NCBI RefSeq assembly: GCF_018977255.1 | Contig: NW_024704743.1 | Location: forward strand, 114,640,001 to 114,704,000 | Source of the DNA: Callorhinchus milii | Lineage: Eukaryota | Direction of reading: 5' to 3' | Length of the DNA: 64,000 nt | In this document: piece by piece, positions 48,749 through 62,913 of the stretch | Layout: each line of letters begins with the position of its first letter | Position numbering within the stretch: position 1 is the stretch's first letter | The notes under the pieces: model-generated | Database searches by the model: none | The model's input: the letters and a program-made list of their open reading frames with translations, nothing else | Told to the model about the DNA's origin: nothing | Made by a program: the position numbers and the translations under genes

Positions 48749-49992
48749 ATAGTTCTGTCTGCCTGTTCCTGTGGACATGACCTACAACAAAATTATATTT
48801 GTATAGCACCTTTCATGTCGGGAGGACATCCCATTAAAGATAAAAGGGAGTTTCTCCCACTAAAATATGGTTATTTACTTCATGACTGTTTTTGGGACGT
48901 TGCTGTGCACAAATGGGCTGTCGCATTTATCTACAGAATACACGGTCAATACACAGCAAATACAAGAAGCACTTTGAAATGTTTTGACAATATAAGGTGT
49001 TTCTCAAATGTAAGGATTTGTATTATAGCCTCAATCACCACACTCAGTGCAAAAGACCTGGCTTCTCAGTTACCCCATACATTATTAATATTTTAGTGTT
49101 ACACATTTCACATTAATTCACCAACAATATTCAGAAATCCTTAAAGTAATTGCAGGCATACATGACTAATGACTATTTCTCAATTGACATTAGTTAATGA
49201 TTTAAAATTATAATTGCAATAATCCATTTACAATTGATTTCCCTTAGAAGAAATGTGAGAAATGTAGTTAAATACTCAAAAAGCAATTTAATATACTTTG
49301 AAAGAGAGCACATACTATTGTTTTATTATTATATTATTATTGTCAGGTGATCGAAGGCACAGTCAAAAAGGAAAGTCTTCAAGTATGATTTGAAGACAGG
49401 CAAAGAGAGGGCGACATGGAGGGATTGAGGCAAGGAGTTCCAGACTATGGGTTATCTACATAGTACCCTACAAATTTGATGAGTGAACGAATACCCTAGA
49501 ACCATAGAACTATACAGCACATAAGGAGGTCATTCAGCCCATCATGTCTGTGCCACCTCTTTGAAAAGAGTTTTCCAAATCAAAACCTGCTAAGAAATGC
49601 AGTAGAGTCCTGTCTTAAATGCAATACTAGTTGGGGTTACAATAAAATCCCAACCAAGCTTTTAATGGAGAGGGACAAATGGCAGTCAGATGACTGCTGC
49701 CGTCACATCCTGCTCACTGTGGTGCAGCATTCTGCAGCTGGTGTGCAGGAAGCTGGTGACAGGTTCACAGAGCACCCAACTTCCAAGCGACGCAATGAGC
49801 CGATCGACCTTCTTCTGTGCTGTAAGTTTCTAAGCGAATCCACGTTAGAACAAAATAGGTTATGTCACAGCTCTCCTGTACTGCTAATTTCACATCATCG
49901 ATGCTGTACAGAAAACCTACATCAGTAGTGCATATATTCTCCATTCACAACATGGCTATTGGTTTCCTATTGCGCGAATCATCTCTACTCAC

Positions 49993-50135
49993 CAGCAATG
50001 ACTTGGCTATGACATTTTCAACGATTTTCAAGTCATGCCGCATGTGCCTCTGCCTCCAGTTTGAAACCTCCATTTCTTCATCAGCAAAAAAACGGAATAA
50101 GAGAGGTTCATCCTTAAATTCACTTTTTTCCAGGA
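49993..50135 (-). CDS. PREX2: PREX2 coding exon (~16): (V)[47 protein letters not shown]
   Basis: cctgcag| ... |gtgagt; 143 nt; [10 protein letters not shown]...[10 protein letters not shown] is PREX2-type rather than PREX1-type; inside ORF 49945..50175. Confidence 0.97.
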
Positions 50136-50791
50136 CTGCAGGGGAAACATTGTGAAGTACTACATCAATCTTCAATACAAGTCAAAGTACATCACCTACC
50201 GTAACAACTGACTTCTATTTAAAAACCTTTAAAAGGGATTCAATGACTATGGGCTGTCTAGACTCAACATACCTTAAGTTAGCCAGAAATAAAATTCTGG
50301 ATGAAACTTTTTTTTTACCACATTAATGCAGGGGAAGATTAATGTCAGAGCAGTGTTATGGGATGTGGCAATTGGGCAGATGCCAAATTTCAATGCTATA
50401 TATATATAATATATATATATATGTACACAACATGTTAGAATAAATCAACACTGAAACCATAGGCAGCGAGTGAAAATATTTTTTTGGGGTGAGGGTGGGG
50501 GGAACTGAGTAAAACTCAGTAAAATAATAATAATCCCTGCATTTGATGTTGCACTTTTCATCTCTTCTAGTCCCAAAGTGCTTCTCAAAATATACTGTAA
50601 AGTGAATTGACTGTATATTTGTGGGCAAAACACAGCAGCCAATTGTACACAGCAGCTGGTCCCCTTTTAGATAGGCGAGTGACCTTAGTCACCCACTGCC
50701 TATGATTCAAACTCAACAACACAAACATTTGTATTGTAATACTATTCTAGGAAGGGCTTACATTCAAATCATGCACTGAATTGAACCTTAC

Positions 50792-50864
50792 CGTGGTGCA
50801 TAAAACCATTGTCACACAGTTCCACACCCAGGATTATTGCTTCCTCTCTCGTTCTACAGTCCCC
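50792..50864 (-). CDS. PREX2: PREX2 coding exon (~15), DEP2: [24 protein letters not shown]
   Basis: taccag| ... |gtaagg; 73 nt. Confidence 0.97.
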
Positions 50865-52191
50865 CTGGTAATAAAATAATAGACATTCTAAATTGTAGGT
50901 TCTAATAACACAAGAACTGCCAATTCTTGTCTGATATCTTTAACATCTTGTTCAGAAAGACAACTCTATTCAAAACATTTCAACATGGTGCAGTTCACAG
51001 TGCATCTGTTGCGATTCCCTTTTCCATCCTTTGTGAAAAGTACTAGGTGTTTTTTCAATGGCTTAGTAAAACTGGACAGGGCTGAAGAGTGGAGGAATAG
51101 TCAGCCTTCACTCTACATTGCAAATGCCTAACTGGTTCCCCACAATGGAAAAACACTCCATTATCAAAAACACAAAATATTAAAATATTCCATTGTTATA
51201 AACTTCAAAACAGTTTATGCAGATTCAAGTTTGAACTTGAAAACAGGGAACGGAATGGCAATATTTTTGAAATCCATGTTTAAGTTTAATAGATACAATG
51301 CATCTTCTTTATTTTCTCACATCACTTGCTGCCTTCATCTAGAAAACAGAGAGAGAGTCAGCTCCAAGCACACTATCACCATTGCTTCACAATAAGATTA
51401 AAGGGAACATTGATAAATGAAAAAAGTTCTTTTTTCTCAGGAGTTCTTTTTTCTCAGGAGTTGTAAAGGAGTTGTAATTTTTTTTTAAGTCTGCAATTTC
51501 AAACACAGTCAAGGATTAGTTATGTAATCTTATTTTAGATTTTAAAAAAGTTTAAAGACCTGGCATCTGTTCTAACTGTTACATTGTTAGGAGTTGTACT
51601 TTTAACAAACCCAATATCCGGAGTGACTCTAGTTTATGATCAGCGATAAACTATACTAAATCCCAGCTTCACCCTTAAACTCAAGACCATAAATCCATAC
51701 TCTTCACTCCAAATAATTCTTACATTGGCTCCAATTTACCACGCGTCAATCCCAGAACTTGTACCTAATTCATTCTTAGCCACACATTTAATTCACTTAA
51801 CCCAAGTTTCATTCCTCCTGTTCTCGTTGTTCTCTGTTCTCAATCACTGATTTATATTCCATGGCCTCTCCATTTTATTCTATCTGATATCTAGATCTAA
51901 GCATCCCCACTCTTGGTATCCGATTAACATGCATCCCTGTGGTTACATGCACTTGCTCAATTCAAGGTCCACTCTGCCATTAGAAGCAAACTGCAGTCAC
52001 TACAAAAGTAATTCACAAGCACTTGACCACTGTGTACTCTGTATACAATATTTCCACTCGCTCTACATCTGCAATCAAATGCACTTTATCGGCTGCTTTC
52101 TTTGTATGTAAAACGTATCAAACAACCATACCAAGTGAGCGATCTCACCAGAGTAATACACAACATGAGAAACTGTGCCCAATGTTGATCA

Positions 52192-52317
<126 letters not shown>

Positions 52318-55300
52318 TCAACATGGTAAAGGTGGCAGAGGTATTGCTTTTTAACTGGTAAATAATGTTTAAAGTCTGGCACAACTAGTTGCACCGAATG
52401 GCCTGTTTCCATGCTGTAATGCTCTGCATAATTCTATATTGTGTGTCAGCCTGCCTCAGTTGGGGCTTGAAATTAATTTAGTCTAGGCTGCAACTCCAGT
52501 GTAGTGCAGGGAGTTTGTTGCATTGTTAGAGGTGCCATCCTTCCAATAAGACGGTAAACCGAGGTCCAGTCTACCTGTTCAGGTGGACGTTAAAGATACC
52601 ATGACACTATTTGAAAAGAGAAGCGAGTTTCTCACAGTGCCCTGTCCAACAATCCCCCAGATAAAATTGGCCATTCATTTCATGGCTGTTTGTGGAACAT
52701 TGCTGTTTGGTCATTGGGCTGCTGTATACAAATACACATTTTACAGTATATCAAGGAGGACATCTCAATTTTCTGTATAGTCCAGTGCTGCTAGGATGAT
52801 GATTATTATTATATGTAATTGATATGTAAATCACCTTGAAGACATTTTAGGTTTTGTTTGTTTCCCTTGTCAATTTTATAAATAAACTGTTAACAACAGA
52901 GAGCAATAAATAGTTGAGTAATTAGGAAACAGATTTAAACAGAGAAGATTGGCTGGTGTAACTTGGGGAAATTGATACTAGGTACTAGGCAATTTATCTA
53001 CTGTAAAGAGATACGTTTTATTTCTTCATGCAGGAACTCTCTTGGAAATCTCTGTTTTAATGTTCAATGTTGGCACTTAAAGGTACAAAGAGGTTATTCA
53101 ACCCTGTGCAAATTTTGTGGCTTTCAGCACTTTTCTGCTGTGTTTTATTGAGGTTAGCAAAATTGTCGAAATGTGTTTGTAAGTTACTGTACTACAACTA
53201 AAAATAAAAAGACTTTATAAATCAAAATTAATAAGAATATGCAGCATTGCATTACAAGCATATGTGCACAGGGAAAATTAGTTTATTCCAACCCCACTCC
53301 CCCTACCCTCCAACCTTCGATTCTAACCCCCAGCTCGGGTGCAAACCCTTAACTGTCCAGTACCTTGGGACTTCCTTCCAACCGGAAAGCACTATATAAA
53401 TGTAATTTGTTGTTGCTGCTGGATTTAGTAAACGAAACCAATTAGCAATTAGCCCAAATCAAATAATTTGCTACACTGAACACTGGGAGCAGAATAACTC
53501 CTCATATTTTATATCTAGAGCAGGATTAATATACTGTAATCTGATCAAAATGGACGTGTGAACTGGTTTGCACTGCTCATGCAGAATCGGTTTCAACACA
53601 TGTCCTTTGATCTTCAATAACAAGAAAGCTCAGTGATATGGAATAAGATAAGAGCAATTTCTTGTCATATCGACGTAGATGGAAGGACAGTTTGACTAAC
53701 ACCAGTAAAACATCTGTTTCACTCTTGATGGATTTTCCTGTCCTGAAGCCTTCTTAAAAATCTTTAATAACACATTTGTGTGATTTGATATTTATGCAAT
53801 TTGCACAAGGCAAGGATAATCTGATTGAAAGTGATATTCTGATTAAATCTATGAACCGGCAGCTTGTACTCAAACAAAACATCAAACAGTGGAAAACAGT
53901 GCTAACTGCCATTAGTTATGTCGGTCACATTGCAGAAAGCTAGAGGTGGTTAGCATGAGATTCAGGCTGAAGTGGACTGACATGTTTAATGACATTCAAA
54001 ATGTTAAGCAATGTACAATTAGCATCAAAGCCCATGAGAACAGCAGCACTTCTGCCCATCAAAGAAATTATAGTGTCAAAGATTTACTATATAAATGGAG
54101 AGGCCATGGAATATAAATCAGTTACTGAATGTATGGTGTCCAGAATTTGGCAAACTCTTGAATTCAGTCTTAACTTTGAAGCCGGTTTTCTGCAGACCCA
54201 TGATCTGAAAGATACACTTGGGGTAAAATTGATGGTGTTTCTTAAGTTACGCCAGCATTGACTGTCACTCACCAGCACACCCTTTACAGCAAATGGTTTC
54301 TTCGTATTGGTCTGCCATTTTTATTCAATCTGTGACGGGCAATTTTTTTTTTGTGTAAATTTTAGGCACTACATTAGGCTGTAAGTAAATTTTCTTGTTG
54401 AATACTTATTTTCTAGTGCTGATCTGCCATGGCAGGGCGATATTTGTATTCTCATCCAAAAGAATAATGTTTTGCTGATTGAGCAAAACGTGAAAGGCGC
54501 TCTATAAATGGAATCTTGTTATTGCTGTTGTTGTTGTTGAGCAGGCTGTTCAGTAAAATATTAGTTTCTGGGTCAGCAACTTGGAGCCCGATAAAGGGCC
54601 TCAAATTTACAAAATAAATAACTGCCACTTTAAATTTTAAAAAATGGCGTGCATTGAGACCCGAAAATGAGGAAAACATTTACCTGAGGAGGTGTGCTGC
54701 CATTAGTTTATAAATGGCAGTTTATACTGGTATAGTTAAAGGAACTCTGCAAACTTTACTTTCTAGAAATATGCTGGTCCCTTGATCATTGAGTGTGGAC
54801 CATAAGGAACAAGCAGGACTCAAATCTATTTAAACTTCTCTTAATATTTTGTCTCTTGAAATCATCAGAGTGGAATTTTAGGTATGCCGCTGAATTAGAA
54901 TTAGGAGGAAGAAGTGGCTATACTGAATGCCAAGGGGAATAACACCTCCACTGTGTTTTGCAAGGACGCAAAACAAAAATAACATGCAGTGCAGAGACAG
55001 AATTATGTACAAGTGGATAGATGACCCTCTGAGGTTTCAAGTGACATGAATTTGGTTAGCAATTCAATTTTCCCAACCATTAAGTAATGAAAATGAGATT
55101 AATTTAGTGTTCTAGGCATCAGTAGGAAGACAAAGACTTGTTTCAATCTGTGCTACAGCTTAAAAGCTTATTTGCTGTGTGTAAATTGGCTGCAGTATTC
55201 ATGCTCAAATAAATTCACTTTGTGTTTGTTTTACTTCACAGGAAAATCCGTGAAGCATTTTGAGACGTTTCAGCAATGCGACACGGTAGCTAAACCAAAT

Positions 55301-55465
55301 GCAAGCATTTTTTTTTAAAGTAAATTTTTAGTTATGTAACTTTTTAAAAGTTAGACTCTTTCGATCACAGAGAATATTTCAGCATTATTTTTTCTCCTGT
55401 CTTGCTGACAGGCTGCACAGGATGGCCATGTCAGCACCACTTCACTCCAGAAAGTCTTTTCACTT

Positions 55466-56005
55466 CTAGAGTACTGTGTTCAGTTCTGGGCACCACACTT
55501 TAGGAAGGATGCCAAGGCATTGAAGAGGCTGCAAAGGAGATTTACCAGGATGGTACCAGGAATGAGGGACTTCAGTTATAAGGAGAGACTAGAGAAGCTA
55601 GGATTATTCTTCTTGGAGCAGAGAAGGGTAAGAGGAGACTTAATAGGAGTTTTCAAAATTATGAGGGGATTCGATAGGGTGAACCAGGAGAAACTACTTC
55701 CACTGGCGGGTGGGTGAGTAACCCAAGGACATTGATTTAAAATAGTTGTTAAAAGATGAGGAGAAATTTTTTCACAAAGCGAGTTGTTCATATCTGGAAT
55801 GCCATGCCTGAAATGGTAATCGGTGGAAGCCAATTCAATAACAACTTTTAAGAGAGAATTAGATAATTATTTGGGGAGGACACATTTGCAGGGCTATGGG
55901 GAGAGAGTGGGGGAGTGGGATTGATTTGGATAGCTCTTTTAAAAGAGTCGGCACAGACACGATGGGCCGAATGGCCTCCTTCTGTGCTGTATAATTCTAT
56001 GATTC
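55466..56005 (+). mobile_element. CR1 3' fragment
   Basis: EYCVQFWAPH..LQRRFTRMVPGMRDFSYKERLEKLGLF.LEQRR; tail gggccgaatggcctccttctgtgctgtataattctatgattc. Confidence 0.93.
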
Positions 56006-56214
56006 ATAGGAAGGAGAGAGTATGTTACCTTGTTGAGACATTTTGTAAATAGCGCCCTTCCCCTACATGGCCCATGTTCTGCTCTGATTGACTTACATTC
56101 TGTTCGCAGGAAACTGAAGTTGATTCCCCAATTGAAGCCTGGTTTCCTTCTTCTAAAGCAGTCAGGAAATTCCTTTTTAATTGTGCTTTCTTGTAGTCAA
56201 GAAACACGAAAAGT

Positions 56215-56580
56215 GGGGCAACAAACTCAGAAAGCTATCAAGGGGACAAAAAAGTGTTCTGGGATCTGTAAACCAGGGTATTGAATATAAAAGTAGGGAT
56301 GTTGCATTAGAATTGTAAAGAATTTGGTTAGGCTGCATTTGGAAGCTTTTATTCACTTGTTGGGCCCTCCATCACAGGAAGGATGTCAAAGAGATGAAGA
56401 GGGTGCAGCCCAGATTTACTCGGATGTTATCAACTGCGAGACAATGTGCATGTGAAGAGAGGCTGGCTATATCGCAGCTTTTTTTTCCCACAAGAGCAGA
56501 GCTGATTGAGAGGAGATATATTAGCTAAGATATTGAAGCAGCACGACAGGATAGTTTGGGAAATAAATGATTTCTAATAG
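56215..56580 (+). mobile_element. Older, heavily decayed CR1 RT fragment
   Basis: gggtattgaatataaaagtagggatg..tggttaggctgcatttgga..aggaaggatgtc..gagggtgcag..agatttact. Confidence 0.7.
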
Positions 56581-57960
56581 TCACGGAATCGGTCATAGTC
56601 TCTAGCTTGCAGCAACCTTGGTCCTCCTCAACAACAACTTGTACTTATATAGTACCCTTCACACAGGGTAGTGTCCCAGAGCGCTCCTCCCTTGTCATAC
56701 ACCCTAGAGACACACACACAAGTGTACATATACATATGTCAGATAGACAGACAGAGATGTAATAAAAAGAGTAATTGTGTGGGGGATGTGTGCGTGTGTG
56801 TGTGTGTAAGGTTCGGGTTGGTACTGTACGCTACATTTCACATAATAGCCCGTTATCCACATTGTTTTCATATCCACAATGTGGTTGGTCCCAAATAGTG
56901 TGGATATCGAGCTTTCATCTGCATATGGTTTTAACTGGACAACCATAAAGAATTTTTAAAAAGGCTCACAAACTGAGATGTATTCTGTGCTGCGTGTACA
57001 GAAGATTTAATTCAATGGAAACACTAATACATTACCGATCCAAAGATAGTCAAAGAAAACACAGCAAATTGCAAATGTTATAACAAACGAGGGCTGTAAC
57101 CGGAGCTTTTCAGGAAATACCATAGGTCAGTAACAGAGTTAAACTGCTTAACTTTGATCTAACTACGTCCAGATTCCATTGCTGTGTAGGTCTGGCTCTT
57201 GTTCTGTGAAACCAGAAATAATTAAATATATGCAGCAATAAATTATGCTATCTAAATATATAAATGTGACGCATGTCCGACTATAGTCCCAGTGCTTTGT
57301 CCCTGAAACTGCGCCAAAGGTGGAAACAGTTTTGGTGACTTCATGGCTAGCCTGTTCCAGAATTTGGCATTTCCCATGCAAATGGCTAATTGCTCTCCTA
57401 CACAACTGGAGGCTTTGAGGATCAAATTCCAATTCAAAGTTATAATAATAAAAAAAATAATGCTTGCAATTGATGTAAGCGCTCTGGGACACAACTCTGC
57501 GTGAGGGGCGCTATATAAATATAAGTTGTTGTTCCTCATCACGCTGTCGAGACATTTCAACTGCTTCAAATGATTTACTTTTAAATATCATGAGTGTGTA
57601 TTTTGTAGGCGAACGCAGCAGCTAATTTGCACACAGCAATGTCCCCCATACAACCATGAAGTGAATGACCAATTATATTTGGGGACTGTTGGCCAAGATC
57701 TGGGAAGAAACTCCTTTCTCTTTTCGATTAGTGTAATAGGATCTTTAACCTCCAAGTGAACAGACAGTTTATTGTTTTATCTGAAGGACGTCACCTCCAA
57801 CAATGCAGCGTTCTCCTGTTACTGTACTGGAGGTCAAAGCCCCGATGTGTGGCTTGAACACACAACCTTCTCGTTAAAAGGTGAGAGAGCTACCAAGTGA
57901 GCCAGGTAGACAGGGTAGATTACATAGGATATATGTAAAGGTGTTTATTGTCCTACTCAC

Positions 57961-58010
57961 CTGATCACAGGAGTGAATAGACTGTGGAGCCGGTAGTAAA
58001 GTCTGACACC
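57961..58010 (-). CDS. PREX2: PREX2 coding exon (~13): GVRLYYRLHSLFTPVI(R)
   Basis: ttgctttcag| ... |gtgagt; 50 nt; phase 0 to 2 fits both neighbours. Confidence 0.96.
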
Positions 58011-58380
58011 CTGAAAGCAAAGGACAAACAATCAATTGTTAAGCCTGTAGCTGGCAGAGAATCATCGATAAATCAAAACTGTGTTCATAGTACAGTATTT
58101 ATTGATATCCAATAGCTTTTTCTTTTGTTTAAAATATTAAGTGCCTCTTATGTGGCCTTTCAACCTCAGGTCTTAGTTTCTGGCTTGACTCTATTTTACC
58201 GTGAGCTTCTCTTGCTGCTTAATTCCATTTATCTATCTTATTATTAATAATAATAATAATTCTTGCATCTAATATAGCACTTTTCACACCAGGAGCACAT
58301 TTCAAAGCATTTTACAAGATTTACTATAGAGTACTGTGACTGTATTTTGTGGACAAATCTCAGTGGCCAATTTTGTAGAT

Positions 58381-58707
58381 CTGCTCCACATCCCCCGCCC
58401 CAACCACCCTACCATCGGTGGCCGGGCCTTCAGCCTCTCAGCCCCTAGGCTCTGGAACTCCATCCCCCAGTGCCTTCGCCTTGCCTCCTCCCTTTCCTCC
58501 TTCAAGGCCGGTCTCAAGACCTTTCTCTTTGACCATGCCTTCAGCTCCCCTCTCGACTCTCCACCCCCTCCTCGCTCCCTCCCTTCCCTCCCCTCACCCT
58601 GACCATTTCCCCCTGCTCCGGTCCTGACCCAACTGTACAGCGCCTTGGGATGTCCTCCCGACGTGAAAGGCGCTCTATAAATGGAATCTTGTTGTTGTTG
58701 CTGTTGT
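58381..58707 (+). mobile_element. Young L2 3' fragment nested in an opposite-strand old SINE (about 58250-58900)
   Basis: LLHIPRPNHPTIGGRAFSLSAPRLWNSIPQCLRLASSLSSFKAGLKTFLFDHAFS; (TTG)n tail. Confidence 0.94.
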
Positions 58708-61695
58708 TTGTGCACAGCAACATCCCTCATAGAGCCATGAAATATATTGGGGTTGGGGGTTGGTGGGGGTGGGATTTGCCAGGAGATCGAGAGAAACTCC
58801 CTTCCCTTTCCCTGCCTGGCTCACTTGGTAGCTCTCATGGAATCTTTAAAGCCAACCTGAATAGGCAGACAGTTGAACATCTCAACCGAAAGATAACACC
58901 TCCAATCTTGCCCTTTTAGCTCAATCTTCACGACCATACCTGCAAACCTTCATGATTTTCTACTTGCGGTTATTTGATCACATGCCAAACGCACGCTAGT
59001 TATTCCTTGCTCACCTTTGCTAAAGGAAATAAATACATAGCGCCTTCCCAAAATAAAACCAGATGCTTGAGCAGTCTGCACAGGCCATCGACTGTGGTTG
59101 TGTTTGAAGGACTCCTTCTTTCCCTTGGAGAACAGCAATTTTTTTTGTTCATTTGCTTATGCTTAACTGTACTCGTACATGGCATTCACCCTCGTGATCC
59201 AGTAAAATAGGTCGGAACCTTGAGGCCAGCATGCAGCAGGATGCAATAGGCCCGTTATTCTGCTTCACTGAACCGATGCAAACCATGTGGTATCAGCCGC
59301 TCGATTTCCAATTCAGAGACACAGTTTGAGACCACCTCCAAGGCTGGTCACGTAGCTCTTAGACTTTACATTGGCTCTAGTGTAATTTTCAACTCTCAGT
59401 GACAAGGAACTGGCAGTGTAACTCCATTATGTGGGCTTGCATCTCTGCACTGCAGGCACTGGCTTAACAAGGAGCCTGTAGTGCGTGACTCAGCTACAAG
59501 CTTCCTTCTTACCAGGAGAATGGGTTTAACACTTTTTAAACACGGAGCACACCGCACAATCTTTCACAACGCACTTTTCACTTCAGGGTTCAAGAGCTGC
59601 TGGTTACCTATCAAACTGGTTGTCAATGGGGTCTGTCAATCAAGGGACCAATTAGTGTCTATCTTTCTTGGCAGAGAAGCAGGTTAGGAGGGTCAACTTG
59701 GAGCTGAACTGGCTCCAAGGTGATGTACTTAGCAACGGAATGTCGGAATCGAGCCAGCCCTCTGTCGTGGTCTCGGTAGTCTGGTTCCTGAGCAAAGCAG
59801 GTCTGCAGTATACTCCATCCAGGGCTGATAACATTATTATCATTTATTATTATTATTATGATAACAAACTAGCCAGCCTGGCTCATCAACAGAACTGGGG
59901 GGGTGGCGGGGGCCTGCATGTCAAAGCTCCAATGGATAGGATGGTCCTTAAAATGGGTCTATGACAAGATTCATAGTTTGAATTCGGCTGTAACCAAAGA
60001 TGCATCACATTGACCTGTGGGAACTCTTCTCCAACCTGCCTAGGACAGAGAACATTCAACCACATTAACTCATGACTTGATATTTTCCCAAGTAATTAGC
60101 TCATGAACTAATTTATCCTCATGCTTACGATTAAAGACTTAAAGGTCTTTTGATCCATTAGGGATCTCCTTCTTCCAAAAGACTTATACAGTATGCAGGA
60201 TCATGAACCTAGTCTTTGGAGGGAGATGAAAAACCATAGACGAAGCTTCTCAAAAGGTAAATCTCTAACATTTCTTTCTGATCCCAATGGTAATTGAGCC
60301 AAATTCCAAGATATTAAATTAATTCATCCATAACTTGCTATGTTTCATGGATGACAATGCAATGTCCTACCATTTACAGGAGTTTTCCCCAGAACTTAAT
60401 CTTCCAGAGGTCCAAACTTCCATCTAGTCTTAGCCTGTTAAACCATTTTCAGGGAGAAATTCCTCCAGGATCTAGATTTACTACATTTTCATAGCACTTG
60501 AGGGCATGCAGAATTTGGCAAATGGTTGAGTACAGTCTTAACTTTGAAGCCATTTTACTGCAATTCTGTTTGATAATGTATTCTACAGATCTGCTGCACT
60601 GGGAGTAAGAAATATCGTCTCATGTTTACTCCTGCTGGAAACATTAATTTGTTCTTCTATCATGCAGTTCTGCAATTTAAATTTGCAATACAAAATGTTT
60701 GGAAGGTAATGCATAAAAAACAATGAACAACAAAATAATTATATATTATAACTCATTCCATATAGAAGCAACTACCTTAAAAAATATTTCAAACTTGTGA
60801 CTGACCTGAACACTCAATGGAGTAAACTCCTGTGGGGGCTTTAAATCTGTAATATTGGTACTTGGAATTCATCCAAGTAATACATGGGAACCAACAAATT
60901 TACCAAAATGAATTATTAGAGAATCCTTTAATTTACCCAAAGGACACATAAGGATTTCTGAAATTGATGGGTGAAAAATAATGATATTTTCACGATATTC
61001 TTATAATAGGATTTACTTAAAAAATACAGCAAAAAAATCAGTTTCCAGTGAACAGAGTAAGATAACTGTTGATTACAGTTTATTTTTCATTGTTCAAGCC
61101 CCAAAAGGCTAAAACAATGAACAAAAAGCTGCATTTATCTAGGTTATCTAGACCTATTTCATGTAGAGGTTGAGTAAACTCAGGTTAAATTAATTGGGCT
61201 TGAAGTCATGGAATGATCAGATTGAGGTGTTTAAAATAATGGAGAACATTGACAAGGTGAACAGTGAGGAGCGTTTTGCTCTAGTTGAGGAATCCAGGAC
61301 AAGTTGCGCCGATAAAAGGGAGGTCCCCAAAAAAAGGGTTTACATCAAAAGTTGTCAGCATAAGGAACAGACCTCCTTAGAAGGCCATAGATGCAGAGTT
61401 GATTGATGTATTTTAGAGAGAGATAGTCAGTGCAAGGATTATTACAACAACTTGCACTTATATCGTACTTTTCACGTACGCTAATGTCTCCGACCACTTC
61501 ACAAGGACAGTGAGAGATGCCGAGCAATGGAGGATAGGAGGTGACCAGAGGGCTCATATAGAGGGGGCAAGATAGAGGGGAAGAGGGAAGGAGTTCCAAT
61601 ATACGGACAGCAGAGTTTTGAATAAGATGGATCTTTGAACAGTGGAATTATAAGAAAAGATATTAACAGTTATGAAGAAAAGACTCGGAAATGGA

Positions 61696-62020
61696 ATAAT
61701 AATAATAAATAATAATCCTTGCATTTGATATAGCGCTTTTCATGTCTTCGAGATGTCTCAAAGCTCTTCACAGAATATACTGTAAAGTGAATTGACTGTA
61801 TATTTGTGGGCAAAATGTGGCAGCCAATTGCGCACAGCAGTGTCCCACAAACAGTCATGGATTGAAGTGAACAATTTTAGTGTTTTTTTTTCTTGAGGGA
61901 ATATTATTATCAGGCGTGTGGAGCAAGGAAACTTGCCCAAGGTTTTGCCCTGCCAGGAATCAAACAAAGGTCTTCAGCTTGCAAGGCGAGTGCTCTAACC
62001 ACTGAGCTACAGGACTCCTC
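61696..62020 (-). mobile_element. Full-length SINE, short subtype
   Basis: Colinear with 36057-36375. Confidence 0.93.
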
Positions 62021-62809
62021 AAATATACAGGAATAAGTGAGTTCTAGACAATTAGTCTGAATAGCTTTCTTCCATTCTAATGTTCCATTTGTATTATTAT
62101 TATGACTATGACAAAGATTTTTTAAAATTTCCTTGGAGGTTGGCAATATCAATAAGGATATCAAGGGATATGAAGAATAGATGGGGAAATGAAAAAGGAA
62201 ACTGCCATTAACTTAATGGTGAAGCATACAGTTACAGTCAGTGAAATTTGAGGTATTTTCTGGGCTGCAAAACAGTCCCAGAGGTGAAACAACAGACCAC
62301 CAACCCATTGTGCCCACTCAGTCTCTCTCCACTGTTTGTCACTTCCACTTCAACTAATTGCACACTTATGGTGAATTGACAATAATTCTCAAATTTTGGC
62401 TACTCAAATGTGCTAAAGTTGCATTAAAACTCTGAATGCAATGTCTAGGACTAGGAAGACTGCCAATCCATGTTTCTCCAATCAATCACCAATGGTCCCT
62501 TCGCGTATATAGTATTATTGGAGCAGCTCTGATCGTTTGGTGATATCCAGTATGACAGGTCCCCAGCGGGTTTCAGCTGGCTGAAGATTATGAGGAACAA
62601 TTTCTCCTCAATCACAGAATCATAGAATTATACAACACAGAATGAGTCCATTCGGCCCATCATGTCTGTGCCGGCTTTTTGAAAAGAGCTATCCAATTCG
62701 ATCCCACACCCCCACACTCTATCCAAATAAACAAACAAAAACGTGCATTTATATAGTGCTGGTTGTAGCACAGATTGTAAGTAGATCTTTTACACAATCA
62801 GGTCAGTAC

Positions 62810-62913
62810 CTTGGAGATAACATCTTGCATTTCACTTCTTGGATGGTACGTCCCATCATCGTATCGAAACCTGTACAGCATATGCTCCGGTTTAAACTGA
62901 TGCTTGTCTGTTA
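62810..62913 (-). CDS. PREX2: PREX2 coding exon (~exon 12), end of DEP1: (V)[34 protein letters not shown]
   Basis: ttcag| acceptor and |gtactg donor; 104 nt; near-identical to recalled vertebrate PREX2 [35 protein letters not shown]. Confidence 0.96.

Larger units (their letters stand above)
47858..49027 (+). mobile_element. Old DeuSINE split by four later insertions
   Basis: Head 47858-47963, middle about 48328-48390 and 48750-48780, 3' part 48833-49027. Confidence 0.7.

Noticed and set aside
56025..56207. Extra PREX2 exon (ORF ending ACAAG|gtaaca in phase 2)
   Set aside because: No credible phase-compatible acceptor, it lies between CR1 fragments, and the flanking exons already join in frame.
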